Part shown: in pieces, positions 40,323 to 54,557 of the stretch
Position numbering within the stretch: the first letter of the stretch is position 1
Layout of the letters: every line of letters begins with the position of its first letter
Source of the DNA: an uncultured Acidobacteriota bacterium
GTDB lineage: Bacteria > Acidobacteriota > Thermoanaerobaculia > Multivoradales > SZUA-115
Reading direction: 5' to 3'
Length of the DNA: 64,000 bases
Assembly (NCBI GenBank): GCA_963805975.1
Contig: CAWDVR010000004.1
Location: forward strand, 384,001 to 448,000
The notes under the pieces: generated by a model
Databases searched by the model: none
Told to the model about the DNA's origin: nothing
The model's input: the letters and a program-made list of their open reading frames with translations, nothing else
Translations under genes and position numbers: made by a program

Positions 40323-42435
40323 ATGAGGGTCCGACACCTCCATCTCGGGCTCGCCGCCTGCCTCCTCGCTCCCGCGCTCGTCACCTGCGGTGCCGCGCCC
40401 GCCCCGGCCTCCGGACCGACGGCGGCCGGCGGCGACGTGGTGCTGGTGACGCTCGACACGGTCCGCGCCGACGCTCTGGGCTTCGCCGGCAACGTCAAGG
40501 CGAAGACGCCGGTGCTCGACCGCCTGGCCGCGGCCGGGCGCCACTTCCCCAACGCGCACGCCCACAACGTCATCACCCTGCCGTCGCACGCCAACATCCT
40601 GACCGGGCTCTACCCGTTCCAGCACGGCGTGCGCGAGAACAGCGGCTTCATCCTGCGAACCGAGGTGCCGACGCTCGCGACCCTGCTGAGCACGGCCGGC
40701 TATCAGACGGCAGCTTTCATCGGCGCCTTTCCGCTCGACTCGCAGTTCGGGCTCGACCGCGGCTTCGCCGTCTACGACGACCGCGTGCCCAAGGGCTCGC
40801 GGCCGGCGGAGCTGGTGCTCCCCGAACGGCGCGGGGACGAGGTGGTGACGGCGGCCCTCGCCTGGTGGAAGGCGCAGGCGGGCAAGAAGCGCTTTCTGTG
40901 GGTCCACCTCTTCGACGCCCACGCGCCGTACGCTCCGCCCGAGCCCTTCGCCTCGCGCTTCAGGGACGATCCCTATCTCGGCGAGGTGGCGGCGCTGGAC
41001 TCGTTCCTGGCGCCTCTCCTCGAGCCGTTCCTCGCCGGCCGCGAGGCACCGGCCCTGGTGGTGGTCACCGCGGACCACGGCGAGTCGCTGGGCGAGCACG
41101 GCGAGCTGACGCACGGCCTCTTCGCCTACGAGGCGACGCTCCGGGTGCCGCTCGTGGTGTGGACGAACGGCGTGACTCCCGGCCGCGACGAGCGGCCGGC
41201 GCGGCATGTGGACATCGTACCCACGGTGCTCGAGGCGGTGGGCGTGCCGCGCCCGCAGAACCGGGACTTCCCGCTGCCCGGCCGCTCGCTCCTCGCGCCC
41301 CCGCCCACCGGCCGTTCCGCCGACACCTACTTCGAGTCGCTGTCGGCGGCCCTCAACCGCGGCTGGGCGCCGCTCCGCGGCCTGATCCGCGACGGCAGGA
41401 AGGCGATCGACCTGCCACTCGCCCGAGCTCTACGACCTGCCGCAGGACCCCGGCGAAACGACCAACCTCGCCGAGCGGGAGCCCGCGCGTCTCTCCGAGC
41501 TGGTGACGGCCGTGCCCGCGGCCTCGGGCTGGCCTCTGCCGGCACGCACGGAGATCCCGCCCGAGACCGCGGCGCGCCTGCGCGCTCTGGGCTACGTCTC
41601 CTTCGCGGCGCCGGCCAGGTCGACCTTCGGACCGGAGGACGATCCGAAGCGGCTGATCGGCCTCGACCGGAAGATCCACCAGGTGGTGGAGCTCTACTCC
41701 CTGGGCAAGGCGAAGGAGGCCGTGGCGCTCGCCCGGGAGCTGGTGGCCGGGCGCCCCGACATGTCGATCGGCTACTCCTTTCTCGCCCAGGCGCTGCTCG
41801 AGGCCGGGGACACCCCCGGGGCCGTCGAGGTGATGAATGCCGCGCGCACCCGGGGCGTCGCTTCCGAGAGCCTGCTGCGCCAGCTCGCGCTGTCGCTCAC
41901 CGAGGTGGGCCGGGCCGGCGAGGGGGTGGCGCTGCTCGCGCCGCTCACCGAGACCCGTGACCCCGAGACGCTCGTCACCTACGGGCAGGTGCTCACCGAG
42001 GCCGGCCGGCAGCAGGAGGCGGCGCAAGTGCTCCAGCAGGTCCTGGCGCGCGACCCCGAGCACCCCAAGGCGCACGAGACCCTGGGATTGATCGCGCTGC
42101 GCGTCGGCCGCTTCGCGGAGGCACGCGATGCCTCCCGGAAGGCTCTCTCGCTCAACGCCGGCCTTCCCCTCGCCTGGAACAACCTCGGCGTGGCGCTCTA
42201 TCAGCTCGGGGACGTGCCCGCCGCGCTCGACGCCTGGGAGAAGGCCGTGACGCTCGACCCCAAGCTCTACGACGCGCTCTACAACCTGGGCTTCAAGGCC
42301 GCGGAGCACGGCCGCCCGCAGGTGGCGAGGAAGGCCCTCGAGCGCTTCGCCGCCACCGCGCCGCCGGCGCGCTACGGCCGGGACGTCGAGGAGGCGAAGC
42401 GGATGCTGGCGCGGCTGAAGGCGGCGGGTGGATGA
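40323..42435 (+). CDS. Sulfatase-fold/TPR protein, with a +1 frameshift near 41420
   Basis: LVTLDTVRAD, TLPSHANILTG, TADHGE; the frame switches at DLP/PELYDL..DPGE; TPRs follow. Confidence 0.85.
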
Positions 42436-44714
42436 GCGCCCTCACCGGGCCTTGTCATCCTGAGCGCAGCGAAGGATCTGGTGGCAGGGCCGATGGCTGC
42501 CGCCCGCCCAGATCCTTCGCTGCGCTCAGGATGACAGTTCGTCGTGCCCTCGCCGCGCTCGGCCTCTTTCTCCTCGCCGCCTGCACCCAGGATCGTCCCG
42601 GCGCCTCCTACCGCGCCCCGGCCGGCACGCCCGTCATGCTGATCTCGATCGACACCCTGCGCTCGGACCACCTGCCGGCCTACGGCTACCGCGGCGTCGA
42701 GACGCCGGCGATCGACGCGCTCCGGGCGGAGGGCATCCTCTTCCGCCATGCCTACAGCCACACGCCGCTCACCCTGCCCTCGCACGCCTCCGTCCTGACC
42801 GGCCTGCTGCCGGCGGAGCACGGCGTGCGCGACAACGTGGGCTATGCGCTCGACGCCAAGCGCATCGCCTCGGGCGAGCTGCCCTACCTGCCGCAGATCC
42901 TGAAGACCGCCGGCCATGCCACCGGGGGCGCGGTGTCGGCGTTCGTGCTGCGCGGCAAGACCGGCCTCGAAACGGGCTTCGACTTCTACGAGGACTCGAT
43001 CGAGTTCCAGACCTCGACCGGCCTCGGCGGCCTCCAGCGGGGCGGCGGCGAGACGCTGGCGCTGGCGCGCGACTGGCTGCGGTCGGTGGCAGGCAAGCCG
43101 TTCTTCTTTTTCTTCCATCTCTACGAGCCGCACACGCCCTACCAGCCGCCGGCCCCCTTCGCCGGGCGCTACGCTCACGCCTACGACGGCGAGATCGCCG
43201 CCGCCGACCAGGTGGTGGGCGCGCTGGTGGCCGAGCTGCGGGAGCTGGGCGTCTACGACGAGGCGCTCGTGGTGCTGTTCTCCGACCACGGCGAGGGCCT
43301 GGGCGAGCACGGCGAGGACGAGCACGGCCTGCTGCTCTACCGCGAGTCGTTAGAGGTGCCGCTCCTCGTGAAGCTGCCGGGCGGCGCGCGGGCAGGCGAG
43401 GCCGTGGAGGCCCCGGCCCAGCTCGTGGACGTGGTGCCCACCGTGCTCGGGATGCTCGGCCTGCCGCTGCCGCCGGCGCTCCCCGGCACCTCGCTCCTCG
43501 CCCTCGGCGCGGCCGGTGAGGCACCACGGCGCGTCTACTCGGAGACCTTCTACCCCCGCCTGCACTTCGGCTGGAGCGACCTCGCCTCGCTGATCGACGG
43601 CCGCCACCACTTCATCGAGGGGCCGGACCCGGAGCTCTACGATCTCGCCGCCGACCCGCGTGAGACCAGGAACGTGCTGCGTGAGCAGCGCCGGCCGGCG
43701 GTCGAGATGCGCCAGGCTCTGGCCGCCTTCGACCGCGAGCTCAGGGCCCCGGCCGAGGTGGACGAGGAAACGCGCCAGGCGCTGGCGGCGCTCGGCTATC
43801 TCGGCGGGACCGCGGCGGCCGAGGACGGCCCGCTCGCGGACCCCAAGAGCCGGATCGGCTCGCTGGCGGACTTCAAACTGGGGATCCTCCATCACTCGCG
43901 GCGCGAGTACCGGGAGGCGGTCGCCTCGTTCTCGAAGGTGCTCGCGGTCAACCCGCGCCTGGTCGACGCCTGGGAGTTCCTCGGCCGCACGTACGAAAAG
44001 CTGGACCAGCCCGACCAGGCGCTCGCAGCCTACAGGGAGGCGCTGTCGGTCTCCGGTGGTTCACCGGAGGTGGCGCTCAACGCCGCCTCCCTCTACTTCG
44101 ACCAGGGCCGCCTCGAAGAAGCGGAAGAGCACGCCCGCCTGGCGCTGGTGGCGCACCCTTCGTTCGCCCACGGTCTGCTGTCGCAGGTCGCGCTGGCGCG
44201 CCAGGACCTGGAGGGAGCCGAGCGCGAGGCCCGCGCCGCCATCAGCTCCGGCGAGAGCCGCGTCGGTCCGCTCGTCACGCTCGCCTCGGTGCTCCACGCC
44301 AAGGGCGCTTTCGAGGAGGCGCTCGCCACCGCCGCCCGGGCCGAGGAGGCCTACGGCGAGCGCCGGTCCAAGGACGAGGATCTCCTCCAGGGGCTCGAGC
44401 TGATCCGGGGAAAGGCCCTCGCGGACCTGGGGAAGGCCGCGGAGGCCGAGGCGGCGTTCAGGCGCGAGATCGAGCGCTTTCCAGCCACCTTTCGCGCCTA
44501 CTCCAACCTGGCCCTGCTCTACGCCTTGAGCGGCCGACCGGAGCTCGCCGGGCCGACGCTCAAGCGCATGGTGGAAGCGAGCCCGTCGCCCGCCGCCTAC
44601 GCCGAGGCGGTGAGGACGCTGCGGGTGCTCAAAGACGAAGCCGCCGCGCGCTCGCTTCTCGCGTACGCACGGCGGCTCTATCCGGCAAGTGAGGCGCTCC
44701 GCGCCCTCTCCTGA
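42432..44714 (+). CDS. Sulfatase-fold/TPR lipoprotein (alternative start at 42531)
   Basis: LLAAC lipobox; ISIDTLRSD, TLPSHASVLTG, FSDHGE, ELYDL..DP; C-terminal TPRs. Confidence 0.88.
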   Translation: MSALTGPCHPERSEGSGGRADGCRPPRSFAALRMTVRRALAALGLFLLAACTQDRPGASYRAPAGTPVMLISIDTLRSDHLPAYGYRGVETPAIDALRAEGILFRHAYSHTPLTLPSHASVLTGLLPAEHGVRDNVGYALDAKRIASGELPYLPQILKTAGHATGGAVSAFVLRGKTGLETGFDFYEDSIEFQTSTGLGGLQRGGGETLALARDWLRSVAGKPFFFFFHLYEPHTPYQPPAPFAGRYAHAYDGEIAAADQVVGALVAELRELGVYDEALVVLFSDHGEGLGEHGEDEHGLLLYRESLEVPLLVKLPGGARAGEAVEAPAQLVDVVPTVLGMLGLPLPPALPGTSLLALGAAGEAPRRVYSETFYPRLHFGWSDLASLIDGRHHFIEGPDPELYDLAADPRETRNVLREQRRPAVEMRQALAAFDRELRAPAEVDEETRQALAALGYLGGTAAAEDGPLADPKSRIGSLADFKLGILHHSRREYREAVASFSKVLAVNPRLVDAWEFLGRTYEKLDQPDQALAAYREALSVSGGSPEVALNAASLYFDQGRLEEAEEHARLALVAHPSFAHGLLSQVALARQDLEGAEREARAAISSGESRVGPLVTLASVLHAKGAFEEALATAARAEEAYGERRSKDEDLLQGLELIRGKALADLGKAAEAEAAFRREIERFPATFRAYSNLALLYALSGRPELAGPTLKRMVEASPSPAAYAEAVRTLRVLKDEAAARSLLAYARRLYPASEALRALS
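42453..42536. repeat. REP dimer lying in frame in the 5' end of the CDS
   Basis: Perfect 29-bp inverted arms at 42453-42481 and 42508-42536; 84 bp in total. Confidence 0.9.
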
Positions 44715-44724
44715 GCAGCCCGGC

Positions 44725-45144
44725 CTAGCAGCCGCCGTTCTGCAGCTTGCCGTCGCAGTTGCTGATGTTGCCCTGGAAGCCCTGGAAGTTGGCGAGCGAG
44801 GCCGGCACCCAGCTACCGTCTTTCTTCTGGCAGGTGGCCGTCAGCGTGTGACCCGCCACCTGGGCATCCTTGCAGGTCAGCGAGAAGGAGCCCACCGCGC
44901 CCGTGCAGACCAGGGTGCCGTTGACGTTGCCGATGTCGCCCACGCAGCCGCTCGCGTAGTCGAGCGAGGCGGCGATGCTCGCGCCCTGGAAGGTCTTGCA
45001 GCTCGCCTTGAGCGTGTTGTTGCTCACCGTGGCGCCGGTGCAGGTCTTCTGGTAGGAGCCCGGCGGCGGCGTCTGGGCGGCGGCCGGCTGCGCGAGGACG
45101 AGAGCCAGGGCGAGCAGGGTACAGGCGAACAGAGTCTTTTTCAT
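44725..45144 (-). CDS. Secreted cyanovirin-N-homology (CVNH-like) lectin
   Basis: Signal peptide; two half repeats GSYQKTC...TLKASC...IGNVNGTL and GSFSLTC...TLTATC...ISNCDGKL; GAGGAG RBS. Confidence 0.8.
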   Translation of the reverse strand: MKKTLFACTLLALALVLAQPAAAQTPPPGSYQKTCTGATVSNNTLKASCKTFQGASIAASLDYASGCVGDIGNVNGTLVCTGAVGSFSLTCKDAQVAGHTLTATCQKKDGSWVPASLANFQGFQGNISNCDGKLQNGGC

Positions 45145-45205
45145 GATCGGTCTCCTCGAGACCCTCAACTCGACATTGAATTGATGGGTTCCGAGAACCG
45201 TGAGG

Positions 45206-45221
45206 GGCAAGGCCGGTGCCA
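45206..45221 (-). promoter_or_regulatory. Sigma54 promoter for the CVNH gene
   Basis: Minus strand TGGCAC-CGGCC-TTGCC. Confidence 0.7.
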
Positions 45222-45295
45222 GCGGGCGGCTCGGCGAGTGAGTGGAGAAAGCACGGTAAATCCAGGCTCGAGCGGTCGCGGGGGCGTCGGCGGGA

Positions 45296-45332
45296 ACTGT
45301 CCGCGACTGTCCGGCGAACGTCGGCGGACAGT
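45296..45332. promoter_or_regulatory. Candidate upstream activating sequence
   Basis: ACTGTCCG at 45296 and 45306, inverted copy CGGACAGT at 45325; centred between two sigma54 promoters. Confidence 0.55.
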
Positions 45333-45395
45333 GCTGCTGGGCAGAGCTACCGGGAGCCGCGGGCCTGGCGCGCGCGGCCACGGCCAACGCACCCC

Positions 45396-45411
45396 TGGCA
45401 CTTCACTTGCT
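45396..45411 (+). promoter_or_regulatory. Sigma54 promoter for the DP-EP-like gene
   Basis: TGGCAC-TTCAC-TTGCT, a perfect consensus match. Confidence 0.8.
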
Positions 45412-45465
45412 GAAGCGCAGTCTCGATCCGCCCGCCAAAACCTTTCCATTGGAGGAGGTCGAGCC

Positions 45466-45924
45466 ATGAGCACGGAGCTGAACGCCCGCACCCTTTTCGT
45501 CACCGTCACCTTCGATCCGCAGGCTTCCCCGCACTTCACGTACTCCGGCGACATCAACGAGCAGCAGCAGATCGTGGTCGACGTCAAGCGGGCCTTCATC
45601 CGCTTCTCGCTCGAGACCAAGGGCGGAGGTGTGGAGCGTGCACGCTTCCTCGACGAGCTGCCGTTGGAATGGATGCAAGGGCCTACCCCCGATGGCATCA
45701 GCGTGTGGCTACCCATGCCAGGCAAGCCTCAGACCGAGATCCTGGTCGAGGATCTCAACCCGCTTGCGGTCACCACCGACCTCGTGCAGGAGCTGCCCTT
45801 CCGGATCAACGTGCTCTACGGCTCGAAGATCCACACCTCGAGCGATCCGGCGATCATCAACGTGGACATCCCGCCGATCGACGGCAAGGTGGGCCGCCAC
45901 CACCTGGAGCTGCCGGTCTTCTGA
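45466..45924 (+). CDS. DP-EP (DUF1888)-like small beta protein, putatively self-cleaving
   Basis: GGAGGAGG RBS; LFVTVTFD...PHFTY N-terminal strand and C-terminal SSDPAIIN motif; no signal peptide. Confidence 0.65.
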   Translation: MSTELNARTLFVTVTFDPQASPHFTYSGDINEQQQIVVDVKRAFIRFSLETKGGGVERARFLDELPLEWMQGPTPDGISVWLPMPGKPQTEILVEDLNPLAVTTDLVQELPFRINVLYGSKIHTSSDPAIINVDIPPIDGKVGRHHLELPVF

Positions 45925-45931
45925 GCTGGGG

Positions 45932-48594
45932 CTATGAGCGCGGCTCGCGCGTCAGCTCTGCGAGCTCCGGCGAGCCGCGCAGCGAGTCGAACCACGGCAG
46001 GCTGAACCAGCGCCTGGCGACGCCGTTGCTGCCCAGCGCCCGCCGCGCGGCGACCAGCGCCGAGGCGTCGTCGCCCACCAGGGCGAAGACCAGCGAGGCC
46101 TCGAAGGCGGCCTGGGGGTTGTCCCGCCCGGCGAGCACCGCAGGCTGGATCCGCTCGACCGCCTCCTCGCGGCGCCCGAGGTGGGCGAGGGCCTGGGCGG
46201 CGACCGAGGCGAGGGGCCAGCTTTCACGCGTCGGGTCGCGGGCGGTGAGCTCGAGGATCTGCTGGTAGAGAGTTTCGGCCGCGGGGCGGTCGCCGCCCAG
46301 GAGCGTTGCATCCGCCAGGCTGAGCGCGGCCCACGGGTTCTGCGGCTGGATCTCGAAAGCGAGCCGGGCGTGCTCCCGGGCCTCGCCGTAGCGGCCCAGG
46401 AGCACCTCGGCGATCGAGAGGTTGGACAGCTCGGCGGTGCGCGGGATCTCGGCGACGAGGGCCGAGTAGAGCGTCACGGCACGTTCGGCGTTGCCGGCCA
46501 GGAGCTCGATCTGCGCCAGCAGCGAGCGGCCGGCGAAGGAGCCCGGCAGGCGGGCCAGGAGCTCCTCGAGCGTCTCCCGCGCGGCGTCGCTCTCCCCGAG
46601 CCGGTACTCCATGTCGGCGAGCCGGAAGAGCTGGGGCCAGGAGGGCCGCCGCTCGACCGCCCGGCGCATGGCGGCCAGCGCCGCATCCGTCTCGCCTTCC
46701 CGCTCGAGGAGCCGGGCGCGCCCGGCGAGGAGAGCCGGGTCGCCCGGTTGCAGCCGCTCGAGCTCGCCCAGGGCGGCGCGGGCGGCCGCGAGGTCGTCAC
46801 CGGAGAGGGCCACCTCGAAACCGGCAGCGAGCGGCCGGGGATCCTGCGGCGCGAGCCGCCGGGCGAGCGCGATGCGGTCGCTCGCGGTCTCGAGATCGAA
46901 GGGGTCGCGCCCGAGGCCGAAGCGGTAGCGCAGCAACTGCGCTTCGAGGATCAGGGCTTCGAGGAAGCGGGGCGAGCTGCGCCGGATCGCCGCCAGGCGG
47001 GCCAGGAGGTCGTCCAGGCTGAGGGCCGCTTCGCTGCGGCGGTCGAACGCACGGGTGAGCGCCAGCAGCTCCTGGTAGTCCTCCGGGCGTGCGACCGGAG
47101 GCTCGATGCCGGGGCGCACCCGGCGCTCCGGGTAGGCGTTCTTGAGGTAGCCGCGCACCGCCTCGGCCAGGAGGAACGGCTGGCCGACGGACGCCGTGAA
47201 GCTCCGGGTCCACAGCAGGGCGCCGCGCCCGGCCTCGACGCGCTCGAGCGTCACCTCGCAGGCGAAGGGGTCGCAGCGCAGACGCGTGGCCAAGAGCTCG
47301 TCCGCAGCGAGCGCCCGCGCCAGCTCGGCAGCCGAGCCCCGAACCTCGTCGACCTGCTCCGGAGCCGGTGTCGAAACCCCTTCCAGCGCGAGGAGCGCTG
47401 AGAGCACGGCAGTGCGCAGGGCATAGGCCATGTCCTCGCCCACCGCCGCGTTGCTGTCCGGGCTGAGCTGCGGGGCCGGCACGGCGACGTAGGACGGCGG
47501 CGGCTCGCCGCCGCGCAGCAGCCAGGCGGTGACGAGCACGACGCCGGAAAGGAGAGCCGCGGCTCCCCAGAGCCAAGCCCTCCGGAACCAGATAGGGCGG
47601 CGCTCAGCTTTCCTGAGTGGGGCTTCCCTGAGCGGGGAGGATGGCTCGCCGGCTGGGGCGGGGGGCTCGTTGGCATGCGGGATCGGTGCGATGCGTGCCG
47701 CACGCCGCGGCCCTTCGACGAGCGTCTCGCCTCCCGAGGCCGCGGGCAGGGGCTCGACCGGGGTCGGTCGCCGGTCGCCGACCAGAGAGCCCAGGGTCGC
47801 CAGCACCTCGCCGGCGCTCGCCGGGCGCCGCGCCGGCTCCTTCTCGAGCAGCCGGTCGACCAGTGCCGCCAGGGGTGCCGGCGCCTCCGGCCGCAGGCCG
47901 GCGAGCGGCGGCGGCTGGCGAGTGCAGACGCGCTCCAGGATCTCGAGCGTGCCGCCGCCGCGGAACGGATGGCGGCCCGACACCGTCTCGTAGAGCAGCA
48001 CGCCCAAGGCGAAGAGGTCCGAGCGGTGGTCGACCGGCAGCCCGCGCGCCTGCTCCGGCGACATCGCCCACGGCGTGCCGACCAGGCCGCCGTCGGTCGA
48101 CAGCGCTCCCTCGCCGTCCTCGCCCAGCCGCTTGGCGATCCCGAAGTCGAGCACTTTGACGCCGCCGTCCGCGGTGAGCATCACGTTCGCGGCCTTGAGG
48201 TCGCGGTGCACGATGCCGCGAGCGTGGGCTGCGGCGAGAGCGCTCGCCACCTCCACCCCGAGGCGGAGCGCCTGGTCGATGGCCAGCGGCCCGCCGGCGA
48301 GCACCTGGTCGAGAGTCGAGCCTTCGACCAGCTCGAGCACCAGCGCATCGCCCTGCTGCCAGGTGACGATGTCGTAGATCTGCACGATGGCCGGGTGGTT
48401 GAGGGCCGCCACCGCCCTCGCCTCGTGGCGGAAGCGCGCGGAGGTGGCCGCGCCGGCATCGGCGCGGAGCAGCTTGATGGCGACCCGCCGCCCCAGCCGC
48501 TCGTCCCAGGCGGTGTAGACCTCGCCCATGCCGCCGCTGCCGAGCCGCGCCTCGAGGCGGTAGGGACCGATCCTCTCCGGCCGGCCGAGGAGCG

Positions 48595-48598
<4 letters not shown>
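45932..48598 (-). CDS. Membrane Ser/Thr protein kinase with extracytoplasmic TPRs
   Basis: LGSGGMGEV, VAIK, HRDLKAAN, DFG, GTPWAMSPEQ; TM segment WLWGAAALLSGVVLVTAWLL; TPRs; start overlaps the upstream stop. Confidence 0.92.
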
Positions 48599-50208
<1,610 letters not shown>

Positions 50209-50252
50209 CCCCGAAGTGTACCAGCGGCGCGGTTGCGCGCGCCCAGATGCTC

Positions 50253-50999
50253 CTACTGGCCGCTGCCGTCCTGCCCCTTCTTCTTGGGCGCCTTGGCGTA
50301 CCAGCGGCCGTCGATCTTGACCAGCTCCACGGTCTCGTCGCCGGCCTTCGCCGTGGCGTGGTCGCCCTGGACCTTGAGGTCCGTGATCTTGCCGCCGTCC
50401 GCGAGCGGGCCCGACTTGGAGACGCTCTTCTCGTCGCCGAGCTCGCGGAACAGGGCCCACAGGTCCGAGATCAGGCCAATGTCGTCCACACCGGCCATCA
50501 GCTTCGTGAGGGCCGCGGGGTCCTCGGCGCCGCCGGCGAGCGGCGAGTCGTCCTTCATCTTCTCCGTCAGGCCGTGCTTGTCGAGGATCTTGTCGTAGCG
50601 CTGCTGGAGGTCGGCGGCCTTTTTCGCTATCTCCTGCTTGCCCTTCTCGAGCTTGGCCTTGTCCTCCGCGGAGGCCTCCTCGCCGGACATGGCCTCGCCC
50701 ATGCCTTCCGCCATCGCGGCGCCCATGTCACCGCCCATGCCCATGAAACCGATCATCATGCCGGCGCCGAGCACCAGGCCGAGGGCCATCTCGGCACGGT
50801 CCTCGGGCGCCAGGCAGGCGGCGATCTCGGGCACGTCGCCTTTCTCGGCGGCCTTTTCGATGCGGGCGACCAGGGCTTCCGGGCTCTCCGCTCCCGCCTG
50901 GACCTTGGCCGCCGCGGTGAGCGGCGAGCCGGCGAGGACGAGGCACAGGCAGAGCGCCAGGGCAGAGGTGAAGCGGGGACTGCGGCGCAACAGAGTCAT
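50253..50999 (-). CDS. Secreted hypothetical protein
   Basis: AAGGGAG RBS; signal peptide; ends in VELVKIDGRWY. Confidence 0.7.
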   Translation of the reverse strand: MTLLRRSPRFTSALALCLCLVLAGSPLTAAAKVQAGAESPEALVARIEKAAEKGDVPEIAACLAPEDRAEMALGLVLGAGMMIGFMGMGGDMGAAMAEGMGEAMSGEEASAEDKAKLEKGKQEIAKKAADLQQRYDKILDKHGLTEKMKDDSPLAGGAEDPAALTKLMAGVDDIGLISDLWALFRELGDEKSVSKSGPLADGGKITDLKVQGDHATAKAGDETVELVKIDGRWYAKAPKKKGQDGSGQ

Positions 51000-51068
51000 G
51001 GATCGCTCCCTTCGTGGGCGTGGGGGTGGCTCTTCGGCGGCGAGGATGGCGCGCCGCGGCGAAGGCTG

Positions 51069-51989
51069 TCAAGCGCCGCCCACGACCAAGCTCCAGGCGG
51101 AGGCGTCCCCAGTCTCGAACCCGTCGGCGAACACGGCACAAGGGAGGCTTGGATTGGCGAAGGCCGTCAGGTCCCCTACGGCCGGCGAGGTGCCGAAGGG
51201 GTTGAAGTAGGTGTGCGTCACGTCGGTCGTCGTGTCGGTGACCGTCAAGGTGAGCTCGACGTTGGTCATGGCGCCGAAGTGGACCTGGAAGAAGTCGCAG
51301 GCCTCGACCACCTTGACCGCGAGGTCGAGCGCGGCGGAAGAGAAGAAGTAGAAGCCGCCCGAGTGGGTGGTCAGCGGCATCGTGATGCCCGGGCCGCTGG
51401 AGGGAGTGGGTGTCGCCCAGGTGACCTGGGTCTCGAAGCGCCCGCCGGCGAGGCAGTGGGTGGTCGAGTCGGGGGTGCAGGTGCCGGCCACGGCCGGTGG
51501 CGGAGAGTCCTCGACCGCCCGCGGGTCTTCGCTCGCGCCCGGGCCGACGAAGGCGTTGGTGTCGGCGATGTTCGCCCGCGTGCCCAGCGGGTTGAAGTAC
51601 TGCTTGACGGTGGCGGTGGCCGTGTCGGTGACCGTGACCGTGAACTCGGCGTCGGTCAGCGAGCCGAGGAAGAACCAGTAGTCGCCGTTGACCAAAGTGC
51701 CGTCGATGACGCGGACGTAGAGTTCGACATATCTCGAGTCCAAGACCGAGAAGTAGCCGATGTCGCCATTGACCGCCTGGGCCTGGCCGGCCGCGCTCTG
51801 CCCGAGGGCGTTCTCCCAGGTGAGGCTGACCTGGAAGCGCGAGCCCAGGAGGCAGAGCTGGGTGGCGGAGGGCGAGCAGGTGCCGGCTTCCGGCGAGGCG
51901 GCCGCGGGAGCCGGGCCGGCAAAGGTGAGCCAGGCGGCAAGGCCGGCCGAGCCGATCCACAGCGCGCGAGGAAAGGGGTGATGGCGCAT
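51069..51989 (-). CDS. Secreted protein with a duplicated Cys-led beta domain and a C-terminal FADGFE motif
   Basis: Two repeats (CSPSATQLCLLGSRFQV...VTVTDT; CTPDSTTHCLAGGRFET...LTVTDT); tail VFADGFETGDASAWS. Confidence 0.75.
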   Translation of the reverse strand: MRHHPFPRALWIGSAGLAAWLTFAGPAPAAASPEAGTCSPSATQLCLLGSRFQVSLTWENALGQSAAGQAQAVNGDIGYFSVLDSRYVELYVRVIDGTLVNGDYWFFLGSLTDAEFTVTVTDTATATVKQYFNPLGTRANIADTNAFVGPGASEDPRAVEDSPPPAVAGTCTPDSTTHCLAGGRFETQVTWATPTPSSGPGITMPLTTHSGGFYFFSSAALDLAVKVVEACDFFQVHFGAMTNVELTLTVTDTTTDVTHTYFNPFGTSPAVGDLTAFANPSLPCAVFADGFETGDASAWSLVVGGA

Positions 51990-52104
51990 GATCCTGTATC
52001 TCCTGGAATTTACCAGAACGTCTTCGAGAGCATACCCTTACTGTTTTATAGAACGGTCGTCGCACGTAACCCGTCGCCGGCCGCTCCTTGCGCGCCGAGA
52101 TCTG

Positions 52105-54552
<2,448 letters not shown>

Positions 54553-54557
54553 GAGAT

